Under the pieces are notes generated by a model that was not told the DNA's origin, ran no database searches, and was given only the letters and a program-made list of their open reading frames with translations. A stretch of DNA of 62,651 bases, the filler included, from Dirinaria sp. TL-2023a (lineage: Eukaryota): the NCBI GenBank assembly GCA_051941275.1. It is 10 parts of 10 records of this genome, joined end to end, with 100 filler letters (N's around TTAATTAATTAA, not from the genome) between each part and the next. Parts side by side here need not be neighbours in the genome. Positions count along the whole stretch, not along the records: positions 44,021 to 50,168 come from JAVEBF010001526.1; positions 50,269 to 56,411 come from JAVEBF010001527.1; positions 56,512 to 62,651 come from JAVEBF010001528.1; 7 more parts are not named here. The stretch is one strand, 5' to 3'. Both the position numbers and the translations under genes were made by a program. This document shows, piece by piece, positions 45,588 through 56,603 of this stretch. Positions within the stretch are counted from its first letter, which is position 1, and each line of letters begins with the position of its first letter.

Positions 45588-46280
45588 TCAAAAGACAATG
45601 CTCTTTTTGAGCCTCTGCGCGGCGAAGGCCATGTCGGGGTCACCTGACAATTCCATCACGACAATCGCTAGTCCATTGAGGAAGACTAGTGTGATCGAAG
45701 CGCCTAGTAGGAAGTGTAGCGTGGCTTCATACAAGGTGCCCACTGACCCCTTTAGGAGTTGTCCGCGCATAATCCGGAGGAAATCCCCAACGACTTCCCA
45801 TGGTATCGTTTGATTATTGGAAGAATGGAATACCAATTGGAAATCTCCATATGAGAAGTATCCAGCCTGTACGCGAACCCCGGCTGCCTTCGAGTCGAGG
45901 ACCGCGGCATACAGTTGGGAATACATTTCAATCATGGCGGCACTTGTGTTTTCAGAGGGGGCGAAGGGTACCCAGCAATTCCAAATTACATGCCAACCAG
46001 TCTTCAAGAGTGAGATCTCGCGTCTCGAGAAGGTCGCGAGAGAGCGAGGCTCGTGGTCATGGAGTCGGCGTGGTGTGTAATCAATGAGATCGGAGCGCGA
46101 GCTGTGATTCAATGTCGGGGTATTCTGCATCGGTGCATCTATTTTGGAAGTAGCTGACACACCACCGCTGGCACGGCGATCGCGCGATGAGGAAGCCTGA
46201 ATGAGATATGCATTAGAAGCGAGAAAAGAAGCAAAGATGGCTCCAAGTTTGACAAATAGAGATACTGTTGCTATGCGCAT
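45588..46280 (-). CDS. Putative small secreted hypothetical protein (~230 aa)
   Basis: Signal-like MRIATVSLFVKLGAIFASFLA; polar pro-region ending SRR; folded-looking domain FAP..AAMIEMYSQL..FSYGDFQLVF..IPWEVVGDFLRIM..GSVG.LY. Confidence 0.7.
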   Translation of the reverse strand: MRIATVSLFVKLGAIFASFLASNAYLIQASSSRDRRASGGVSATSKIDAPMQNTPTLNHSSRSDLIDYTPRRLHDHEPRSLATFSRREISLLKTGWHVIWNCWVPFAPSENTSAAMIEMYSQLYAAVLDSKAAGVRVQAGYFSYGDFQLVFHSSNNQTIPWEVVGDFLRIMRGQLLKGSVGTLYEATLHFLLGASITLVFLNGLAIVVMELSGDPDMAFAAQRLKKSIVF

Positions 46281-47975
46281 TGCGAACAAGCTGGTCGCCG
46301 CTTCGGGAGGAGGGAGTGAGCCGACGCTGGCGGCTCATTGGTCCTCGCAAGATTACGTAGGCTTTCAGTGTACAACGCTGTGGTTGATGGTCGATGGTCA
46401 GGATTCGGACAAAGCACAATGGGAAAGATGGAACAACACATGCAAGAGACAGCAGAAGCCTGTCGTTCCATTATATTTGTCACAATGATCTTAGAGGTAA
46501 GTAGTTGCCAGTGATAAGACACGTAAATCGCGTCAGCAAATTCTTGAGCCGGTTCGAATAAGATCTGGCGGCTGCAGGGTCGGACCGACGGCGTCGTTAG
46601 AATGAGCTTCGGGCCCGAAGTCGGCCCGAGCCACCAACCTGCCACCATCAACTTGAGTCTGAAGCATCACGGGACTGGCGGCTGTATGTAAGTGCGACAT
46701 TTTTCCTCCGTGAAATTTACCTCTCGCCTGCCTCTCATCTGTAGATATTCTGCGATCGGGCGGGAGAGGCTTATCTGCGCGATCAACCATGCAGCACAGG
46801 ATCGCATAAGCAAAAGATAAGACGCATACATCCTCCAATGCGCAGCGGTGTTGTGGCTTGACAGCATACAATCCTGGAAAGCTGCCGACCCTCATTTCAA
46901 TCTTTAGCGAGCCAGGGCTAGCGTTGAAAGGGTCCTGTTCAACAATTCGCCAATGCTGTCTATACTGCAGACGAGAGCCGCTGTCAAGTTCCATTTACTG
47001 TTCAAGGTTCTGGATGGCGCTGTCGTCGTAGGTCAGTGAAACGAAAGACAATCAGTTGTCAAAGTTCAAGACGATCATCCATCATACTCATCGAAAAAAA
47101 TGTCTAGGGTCCACCATAGAGCCAAGTCAGTGAAGAATAATTAATTCCAAGAGTCCCGCGGGGAATACTCGTGCTCATAGAAACAGTCAAAATCATCACG
47201 CTCTTGCCAGTTCAAAGAGAACTTCATAGTGAAATCCTGCGAGGCGTAGGTCATTCGACTGTTTGGCATATATCTACTATGGATTCCGCTTGCCGCGTTC
47301 CAAAGTCGAAAGATCTGCCTTGAGAGACGGTTTCGTAAATCTCAGGCCATTCATTATGTGAAAATGGTGGTGTATGTAGCTCAAGTATCGCTATGGTCGA
47401 GAAGTGGCTCTTAGTGGTCAATCAATCACCTACCAGCAGTTGGTAAGACGATGAATCGGCAGCGCCTCTCCCTTAATGGCTTACCTGTTTTGGCGATGTG
47501 TGACGGAGTTGATTTGGAAAAGTCGAGATGACTAGTAGATTCCTGGCCTTTCTAAATTGACTCGCATACCTTGCCCTGATGAAAGAGCTTTGCTAAGGTT
47601 TGACAGGTTTGAGGTAGGCTAGCAGCAAATACTGGATTTCTACACCCAACCCTGAGTGGTGATCGTGCACCCAAAATGCAAATTGCTAATGAGGATCTAG
47701 GGTAATTCAAAATCAAAGGCAAACATGAAATACTTCGTCAAGAATGAAGCCATTCGCTTCTCTTCCGGCAAGATTAACTACCTACCTTATCCACGACTCT
47801 CGATCGGCTCGAACAAATATCATAGGCAGAACGTTCAAATATTGACGACGTAAGCTATACCAGCCTTCTCGAATATACTTTAGCCACTATACTCAATCAC
47901 ATACCACCTTTGCAAGCATCTTGCTCGGGAAAAGGTGACGAGTCACATGTATCGAAGTTAAGACTATACCACTCC

Positions 47976-48616
47976 ATGGCTCCCACAGCAGCTGAAACAC
48001 TGCTGCTCACGTTAGATACCCTCGAACAATTGGAGCGATGGATCATCATCAGAGATGATCTTGACGCAACGCAGCTGGCCAACGCCTTCACCGCTATGGG
48101 TCATAAGGTTCAATTTCTTGGTCGGCTTCCGATTTGTGGCCTAGCGAATCAGCAAGTGGCAGTGCTACGGCGCTTGATCGGTATTCGCAAGGAATTAAGT
48201 CTCATGGGTTCCTGGTTGGATGCTACTGTCGGAAAGCGTGTCAAAACACTTGCCAAACTATCTGAACCCCAAGGTCTAGGAGGAGTAGGGCATTCCTTAT
48301 CGTTGCGATTTTTGCTGATCTAAATCTACCTTAGGCGGTGTCGGCAATCAAGTCAAAGCGAACCCGGGTCTGTGTCCCGAGATTGTTCGTCAATGGGATC
48401 CAATACAATCACGTAACGTTTTGTCAAGACTTGTACAAGATAACATCCCTCGACGACTCCATTGCGATCACATCCAATCTTGTGCATTCCATACAAAAGC
48501 CTGACGACCAAAGCGTACTGCTTGGTCTTTACTGGGATGATTCCCTGTGGATGGAGGTCTTCGACCCCAGCGACGGGCAAGTTCTAGTGAGGGCCCTGGA
48601 GGCGTTCAGTGGGTGA
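47976..48616 (+). CDS. Orphan two-exon protein (~196 aa)
   Basis: ATG 47976; phase-0 intron 48285-48334 (GTAGGG..GCTGAT..TAG) joins a helical N-half to a beta-rich C-half in frame. Confidence 0.6.
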
Positions 48617-49083
48617 AAATACGATGTGAATTTCTCTTTAGCTTCAAGGCGGATGCGACGCCGCTTATGCAGACGCTAGTGTTGCTACTTCACGAGCACG
48701 GGTGTCGACTTGAGGGCAAGGCTATGCCAGAAAGCCAGTGAGATGAAGAATATACCGCGAGACGGTTTCTAATACACACCTTGTAGGTAGTCAGTGCGGC
48801 TCACCTAGGCTCTGCCATGACTTGTGCTTATACGAAAGGGAGCGAGAACGCTTTCAAACGGCAAGATGAGACAGCACGAGCGGACGATGATCAACAAGAC
48901 GTGATCTGTTTATCACTCGCTGTATCCCTAGCAAACTCGCCATTCTTACGATTCATTGAACCCGAGATAACTAAGGCTGAGCGGCCTGGGCCTCAGTAGC
49001 AGCGTCTTGCTATACAGCGGTCTCGGAAGGGCCCGCAAGATCAGAAACTTGCTACTTCGTCCCACTCGTAGTCCGATATGCCA

Positions 49084-49832
49084 TCATACTAAGGGGGAAT
49101 GCTCGTAGATGTCCGCCACAAATTCAGCGGCCTGAGGTATATCATCCATCTCTAGAATAATCTTGTGACCACCATCAAGAGTGACCTCTATGCTTGAGTA
49201 CAGGACGTACGAGGCCTTTTGCACCGCATCCAAGGGAATGGTAAGACCGGAATGGGTCTTTGCATGGCCAGTGACCCTGGTCCAGAGTTCGGACTGCTTC
49301 TTCTTGATGTTGAGCTCTATACTCAGTGACCCTTGCATGAATAGAATGCCATTGTACCTAACGCAATGTACAGTGAATGGTCTCTCGTACGCCTCCTCTT
49401 CACCCTGTTCACAATTAGTCGATCAATTTTGTTCTCCACTTGGCCCGTTTAGCGTACAGTTGCGGCAAGGTCCTCTTCACTATCACCCTAACGAATCGAA
49501 TGAACATGCGCGATACTATTACACTCTCCGAAAAACTTACTCTACGCTCGGTTGGAGCTTTTTGGCTCACAACCATTGACAAATTCAGCTCAATCAACTC
49601 ACTGACCTCGGCTTTTCCATCCTCATGCAACAGACCATCATTGCGCAGTCCGTTCAAGCGTCTGACCATCGAGAGATGCTGAGCGTCTGTAGCGAATTCT
49701 GCATGGTCCTGTAGGCTTCGGATTTTGGTTTCGATGAGCTGCGCGAAGTCGAGCTCGGTGGTTGCGGAACTCGGCTAGCTTGACAATTTCATTGAGGATC
49801 TTCTGAGATTCTTCATAGGGATCGTACGGCAT
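49084..49832 (-). CDS. Orphan three-exon gene, possible distant paralogue of 47976-48616; apparent frameshift in exon 1
   Basis: Phase-0 introns 49488-49540 (GTAAGT..TAG) and 49405-49457 (GTACGC..ACTAAT..CAG) give ..KAPTERR|GDSEEDLAAT|GEEEAYERPFTVHCVRYNGILF..; exon 1 from ATG 49832 is 292 nt, out of frame by one. Confidence 0.55.
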
Positions 49833-50168
49833 CGTGGAATCGACTTCAGAAGATTCTACGGCTCAGTCAACGACATGAACGACAAATCCCCTGAGCAGCA
49901 GAACTCACAAGCTATCGTTCGAAAGTGACTGCGATAACTCCTCTAGCTCGGAACAGAAGATTGCGGATGCCAGATCAAATGATCAGGGCTCGTTTTGTGT
50001 TCGTGGAGCTTGAAGCTAAAATTGACTAGATGAGAAGACGGAAAAGTTGAGGAAATCACAAGGTACGAAAGACGCGCCTTTCTTCATCCCAATGACCAAC
50101 CTTTCGAATTCACAACCCAATTCACCTGCTACAACCAACAAATGCAAGCCCTCTACAAGCCTTTCAAC

Positions 50169-50268
50169 NNNNNNNNNNNNNNNNNNNNNNNNNNNNNNNN
50201 NNNNNNNNNNNNTTAATTAATTAANNNNNNNNNNNNNNNNNNNNNNNNNNNNNNNNNNNNNNNNNNNN
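50169..50268. other. Artificial contig linker
   Basis: N44-TTAATTAATTAA-N44. Confidence 0.99.
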
Positions 50269-50734
50269 GGGTAAAAGGGAGGCACTCTGCGATGATGATG
50301 GAATGATGAGCAAACACGCTCTCAGATGGTAAGGTAGAGATTGTAGCTTTTAAAAGGAGGGGTTATGCTCCACCTGTTTCTTGTTCCTTCTCGTGCTCCC
50401 CTCCTCTCTACTTCTTATCGAGGTGACCAGACATTCATTCTTCATCTGGAATTGAAATCGGCGCATTAATTATTGGCTCTCATCCGTACGTCACCTAAAA
50501 CGTCCTGCAGCTTGTCTGCCTTTCAGGTGAGCCTCAAAGCCAAGACTTCCCCCCCCTCCTCCCCGCAGCCTCCGGCAGCTTATCGGCAGTTGGTGCGCGA
50601 TACACGACTGACGTATAGTAAAGGTAAGACGCTAGAAGCACAAGCAAAAGCAGATCCGACGAACTTGGAAAAGTCACTCAATTGAAGCTTCGTAGCAATC
50701 AATTGATCAGGGCGGTTCGATAAAATCATTCAAC

Positions 50735-52272
50735 ATGGTATTATTCACTCGCTCCATTGCCCGCCTTGCGCGGCCTGCTTCTTCCTTTGTTTTCTCTCCA
50801 CGAGCCACTGCTCCGCTCGCCCGCCGCGTTTGTCTAGGCGGGGTTCGAACACTAACAGCGACCTCGCGACGACAGGTTCGGATGTTTCTCCCCAGCTCGG
50901 TCAAGGAATCTGGGCTGTGAACTGATAAATTGTTAATTTTTAGGGGAAAGTTTTGCTCGTGCTCTACGATGTGAGTCTGGTCAGAAGCTAGCAAGCTCCT
51001 CCTTTGCTCCAAGCTGTCAAAAGATCACAATTGATCATGCGTATTATAGGGTCATGAACACGCCAAGCAGGTTCCGGAGCTTCTTGGAACGACTGAGAAC
51101 GAGCTCGGGTTGCGGAAATGGATCGAGGATCAAGGCCACGAGCTCGTGACGACGTCTGACAAAGAGGGCGAGAACTCGACCTTCGACAAGCATCTTGTGG
51201 ACGCCGAAGTGATCATCACCACTCCGTACGACCTTCGTCTCATCTTTCTAGACCTGATCGCTCTTCCTTCCCTTCATCAGTGGAACACTCACTGATAGTA
51301 GGCTTTGATCTTCAGCTTCCATCCCGGCTACCTGACAGCGGAGCGCTTGGCCAAAGCGAAAAACCTCAAGCTCGCCGTCACTGCCGGCATTGGCTCCGAC
51401 CATGTTGATCTCAATGCAGCGAACAAGACCAATGGCGGTATCACCGTCGCCGAAGTCACCGGCTCCAATGTTGTCTCCGTCGCCGAGCACGTCATTATGA
51501 CCATTCTTGTGCTGGTTCGCAACTTCGTGCCGGCACATGAGCAAATTGCCAGAGGTGATTGGAACGTCGCGGCTGTTGCCAAAGGCGAATATGACCTCGA
51601 GGACAAAGTCGTGGGCACCGTTGCAGTGGGAAGAATCGGCGAGAGAGTGCTGAGGAGACTAAAAGCGTTTGATTGCAGGGAGCTGTTATATTTTGATTAT
51701 CAGCCCCTCAAACCAGAGGTCGAAAAGGAGATTGGCTGTCGAAGGGTGGACAAGCTGGAGGATATGCTGGCACAGTGTGACGTGGTGACGATCAATTGTC
51801 CGTTGCATGAAAAGACCAGGGGTTTGTTCGATAAGGAGCTGATCAGCAAAATGAAGAAAGGTGCGTTCTCCTTCCAGGTCTTTTTGAGTCCCCAAACCAT
51901 CCGGTTGTACCGCATTTACTGAAACCGAATTCAGGATCGTGGCTAGTTAACACCGCTCGCGGCGCCATCGTTGTCAAAGAAGACGTGGCCGAAGCCCTCA
52001 AGTCAGGCCATCTGCGAGGCTACGGCGGAGACGTCTGGTTCCCACAGCCGGCGCCAAAGGAACATCCACTGCGCTACGCTGCCAACACCCTCGGTGGAGG
52101 TAACGCCATGGTTCCGCACATGTCTGGCACGTCACTTGATGCACAGAAGCGGTACGCGCAGGGCACGAAGGACATTCTTAACTCATACTTCACGGGGAAG
52201 CATGATTACAACCCGCAAGATTTGATTGTGAAGGACGGCGATTATGCTACGAAAGCTTATGGCCAAAGGTAG
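50735..52272 (+). CDS. FDH1: NAD-dependent formate dehydrogenase with optional mitochondrial presequence
   Basis: [80 protein letters not shown]; introns 50876-50943, 50971-51049, 51226-51315, 51861-51934. Confidence 0.97.
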
Positions 52273-52699
52273 GGAACGGGAGATGTCAGGAAGATTGCCT
52301 TAAAGTGAAATGGTTTTGGCTAGCAGCAAAGTCGGACATAGGTAAATAGCAACGTAGCGATGTTGGAGAATTGAAAGTCACATGACCTGGCTACCTTATT
52401 CTCTGCGCCATAGCTGCGCCAAGCCTGTTTGGTTCTGCATCATTTACGGAGCACGAGTCCAGTATCTATTTCTCAAGCGAGACAACGTTACGTCAAAACC
52501 CGACCACGGAGACCATGTCTACTTGATCATAAATGGCAGCACTTAAGAAATCTTCATTATGGCACTGATACTCAACGTAAATTTACAGCAGAACAGCTAG
52601 AGAGCAGCGGAAAAGCCCAACCCCCCACCTTCCATACGCCCTCTTGGCCTCAACCACTCTTGCTCCAGTGCTCCCAATCAACCCTTCCAGTCCACAGCA

Positions 52700-53542
52700 A
52701 TGTCATACCTTTCTTCCCTCAACTCCCTCCTCTCGACGACCACGTCCCGCTACACCTCTCTGCGCCGCCAACTCCTCTCCTCCAGTTCTGAAGACGACTC
52801 CCAAGTCGACGATCCCGATTCCTCCCACGTCTCGAAAGTGCTGCGCGCATACTACACCGAGAAAGGCCGACCTTTTCCACCCTGGCTTCCCCCGGACCCG
52901 AAATCGCGCGAGCAGCAAACACAGGGCCAAGGCTCCTTTGCCAGCAGTGCGGGCAGTTTGCGTGGTAGCAGCAGCAGACCCAACAGTGGGGGCGTGGGAC
53001 AAGGGAGTGGGCCAACAAGAGGGAGTGGCGGGGGATTAGGAGATTTATGGGCTGATAACCCTAAGCCCGCCGCGCAGCCGCAGAATACATCACTGAGACG
53101 AGGGCTCGGCGGTGCCCGCCTCGGAATCGGAGCCAGAGGGCGCACGCAGGACATGCAAGGGCAGCAAGACTCGAGTCCGCGGCCGTTGCCAAGCCAGAGG
53201 GCTGGCAGCTATCAGAGCGCTATTAGTGGGAATTCGGGGATGGAAGGAGGCAGGGTAGCTAGTCCGGTGCCCCCGGGCAGTTCAGGCAGTGCGGGCGGAG
53301 GAAGTGTGCAGGAGAGGTTGAAGGCCAGGTTAGGGAAAGGTGGGGGAACGCCGCCGGCTTTGGGCAGGGAACCCAGCGCAGGAAGCGGGAGTGGGTATGT
53401 GGATAGCGGAGGATATGCTGGGGCCGGAGGCGGTGGGTATGGTGGGAATCCATATGGAGACGGTGCACAAGGGTACGATGTGGCGAGGAAGCCGCTGAGA
53501 CAAGGAGGAGTGGGATTGCCTAGTGGACCACGGCAAAGATGA
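52700..53542 (+). CDS. MSO1: Mso1-like Sec1-binding exocytosis protein
   Basis: TSRYTSLRR..SHVSKVLRAYYTEKGRPFPPWLPPDPK resembles the Sec1-binding segment; Gly/Ser-rich tail ending GLPSGPR. Confidence 0.8.
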   Translation: MSYLSSLNSLLSTTTSRYTSLRRQLLSSSSEDDSQVDDPDSSHVSKVLRAYYTEKGRPFPPWLPPDPKSREQQTQGQGSFASSAGSLRGSSSRPNSGGVGQGSGPTRGSGGGLGDLWADNPKPAAQPQNTSLRRGLGGARLGIGARGRTQDMQGQQDSSPRPLPSQRAGSYQSAISGNSGMEGGRVASPVPPGSSGSAGGGSVQERLKARLGKGGGTPPALGREPSAGSGSGYVDSGGYAGAGGGGYGGNPYGDGAQGYDVARKPLRQGGVGLPSGPRQR

Positions 53543-53886
53543 AGATATCCCCCAATATCTAACTAAATAATATCATCAATCCGAGCGTATCTGCTTCAGC
53601 AATTAAGCCAAAGGATGCGTGACTAGGCTCCATGCTGAGCACATGTTGACTGTTCAGAGCTTCACTCTTGACATATGTAATCTCTGCGACTGATATTCTC
53701 TTTATCCGTTGTGGGGGAAAGCCTGAGTATTTGCGGCGAAAGCGGGTGGCCTCCCCCCTGTTCGCGCTAGTCGGAGCGCATCGTGTACAAAATATTGAGC
53801 TCACAATTTGCAGACTCACTTGACCAATTGTGGCCCTCGATGCCAGACATGATCTCTTTCTCTTTTCCATAGCCCATACTTTCATT

Positions 53887-56411
53887 ATGCAACAGCTATG
53901 GCGCCTTTCAGCGCTTTTCTTGACCCTCGTTTCCATCAACATTTTCTTCAGCCAAGCCCAGCAAACTGTTCTCTCTGAAAATCAGAAGCGGTCGAACGAG
54001 TCGCTGCTATGGGGGCCCTACAGGCCAAACCTGTACTTTGGTGTCAGGCCGCGCATACCGAAGAGCTTGACAACTGGGCTGTTATGGGCAAGAACCGACA
54101 ATTTTGAAAAAGTGCAGCATAGTGAGCTCTCCCCAGGCCTGATACTAGCTCCTTTGAGCTCATCGCAGCATCTCGATGTCCGTCTGCTGATCTAAACCTC
54201 CCCGGCAGACTTCCGGCATACATGTGAACAGCACGAAGGAATGGCCGGCTATGGCTGGGACGAATACGACGTTCGACATGGTGGACGGCAAACGATACAT
54301 GATGCTGGGAACAGTATCGATCTCACAACCGAGTTTGTCAAGATTCCAGGCGGAGAGCACGGTGGAAGCTGGGGCGTTCGAATCAAGGGTGAACCACGAG
54401 CAGATGCGCCACCACGGCAATTCACCGCTTTGGTTTTCTACGCCGCAATGGAAGGTTTTGGGAGTCTTCAGGTTGAGAATGAGCCGGACGAGCTTGGAGT
54501 AGAGGGCTCGGTGAACATGGCTGGTTCAAGCAACGAGTTAGGAGATTTCACTCTGGAAATTACAGAAGGCCCGGCAACCAATGCCCACCCTCCCGCTACG
54601 CACAGGAGCTACGCTGAAAAGCCGCTGGATCGGACCATGGTGGACAGCCTGCAAACGCCGGATGAGACGCTCTGGCAAGCGAAACGTAGGTTAACGCCCT
54701 ATATTGTGGGTTGGGCATGGAACACATAGCTGACATACCGCGTTTGAGTGAAGCACTCCTTTTCAGCGAACTGAAAAAGGAGATCGACGAGATGATTGCT
54801 CAGTATGGCTCCGAACAAGCACCGCCGCCGTGGCAAATCTTTACCATCCCTAACAACATTAAAGAGGGGAATATGCACCTTGTACAGAAGGTGTTCGAGG
54901 GGCCTTTTGAGGTAACCCGCTTCTCGCTGATTGAGGTCAAAGTCTATTGCTAAGTACCTGTCTAGTTCGACATTTTGTATTCTTCAGCCTCTGCCGGAAG
55001 ACCTGTTACGTGTAAGTTGTACAACTGCGTATACGAAAGGACTTTCCTAACAGTTTTTAGCTAAGCGCCTATCTGATACCATTCACGCTGCAACCGAGTC
55101 GTTTACTGAACGCTTTTCTTCGCTTCTCCCTCTAAGAGCACCTTTTGATAAGCCGAAGTACCTGCCTTTCGCTCAATCGATGTTGTCCAACCTCATCGGA
55201 GGTATCGGCTACTTCTATGGTGATGCCGTAGTAGACAGGTCCTATGCACCGGAATTCGAAGAAGAAAACGAGGGTTTCTGGGAAGAAACGGCAGAAGCAC
55301 GGTCACGCGCTGCAGGTATTAAGCTTGAGGGCCCCTCCGAGCTATTCACAAGTATACCATCCAGGCCATTCTTCCCGAGAGGCTTTTTATGGGATGAAGG
55401 TTTCCACCTGCTTCCAGTAGCAGATTGGGACATGGATTTAACGTAAGTTGAGCTGAGACAATTTCAGATGCTGGCTAACGGCATACGAGCCTTGAGATTA
55501 TACGAAGCTGGTTCAACCTGATTGACGATGACGGTTGGATTGCCCGCGAGCAGATTCTGGGACAAGAAGCCCGTAGCAAAGTTCCCCAAGAATTTCAAAT
55601 TCAATACCCACACTACGCCAACCCACCAACGCTATTCCTTATCTTCGACTCGCTACTCAGCAAACTCCGATCCAAGAATCCGGTTAAGCCAACCTCTGAT
55701 CCCCTTGAATCCATACGCAGCGCCCATCTGCAAGATTCTAAAAGCGCCATTGCCTATCTCAAGGACTTGTATCCCCTTCTGAAGCGTCACTACTTCTGGT
55801 TTCGTAAGACGCAATGGGGTGACATCAAATCCTACGACCGCGAAGCGTTCTCAACCAAAGAAGCCTATCGCTGGCGGGGTCGGACCCCTTCCCATATCTT
55901 GACGTCCGGTCTTGATGACTATCCTCGTGCCCAGCCCCCGCATCCGGGTGAACTTCATACTGATCTCATCAGTTGGATGGGGCTGATGACACGGTCAATG
56001 CGGCGCATCGCGGGCTTCATTGGCGAGAGCGAGGATGAGCGTGAATTTGAAAGCTACGAGAAGGCCATTGTCCGAAATATCGACGACTTGCATTGGGATC
56101 AAAATGCAAAGACCTACTGCGACGCCACGATCGATGACTACGAAGAGAGCGTCCACGTTTGCCACAAAGGTTACATTTCCATTTTCCCATTCTTGACCGG
56201 GCTCCTCCCACCAGATAGTCCGAGGTTAGGGCCTATCCTGGACTTGATCGGTGATGAAGAGGAGCTATGGACACCGTATGGATTGCGAAGCTTGAGCAAG
56301 GCGGACGCGAATTACGGCACGAGCGAGGATTACTGGAGAAGTCCTATTTGGATGAACATCAATTATTTGGCCGTCAAGGCGCTTTTGGTATGTATATATC
56401 CTTGTCGATCC
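53887..56411 (+). CDS. CWH41: Mannosyl-oligosaccharide glucosidase I (GH63); multi-exon, 3' truncated
   Basis: SLLWGPYRPNLYFGVRPR, HGGSWGVRI, PSRPFFPRGFLWDEGFH, GWIAREQILG, LTSGLDDYPR, YWRSPIWMNINYL. Confidence 0.96.
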
Positions 56412-56511
56412 NNNNNNNNNNNNNNNNNNNNNNNNNNNNNNNNNNNNNNNNNNNNTTAATTAATTAANNNNNNNNNNNNNNNNNNNNNNNNNNNNNNNNN
56501 NNNNNNNNNNN
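56412..56511. other. Artificial contig linker
   Basis: N44-TTAATTAATTAA-N44. Confidence 0.99.
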
Positions 56512-56603
56512 GGTTTGTTTATGTGGAGAAATCGTCTCTCTCTCTCTCTCTCGGCTCGAGATTAAATGAAATGATTTATTGGGGGTTTTTTTTAAATATA
56601 TGT

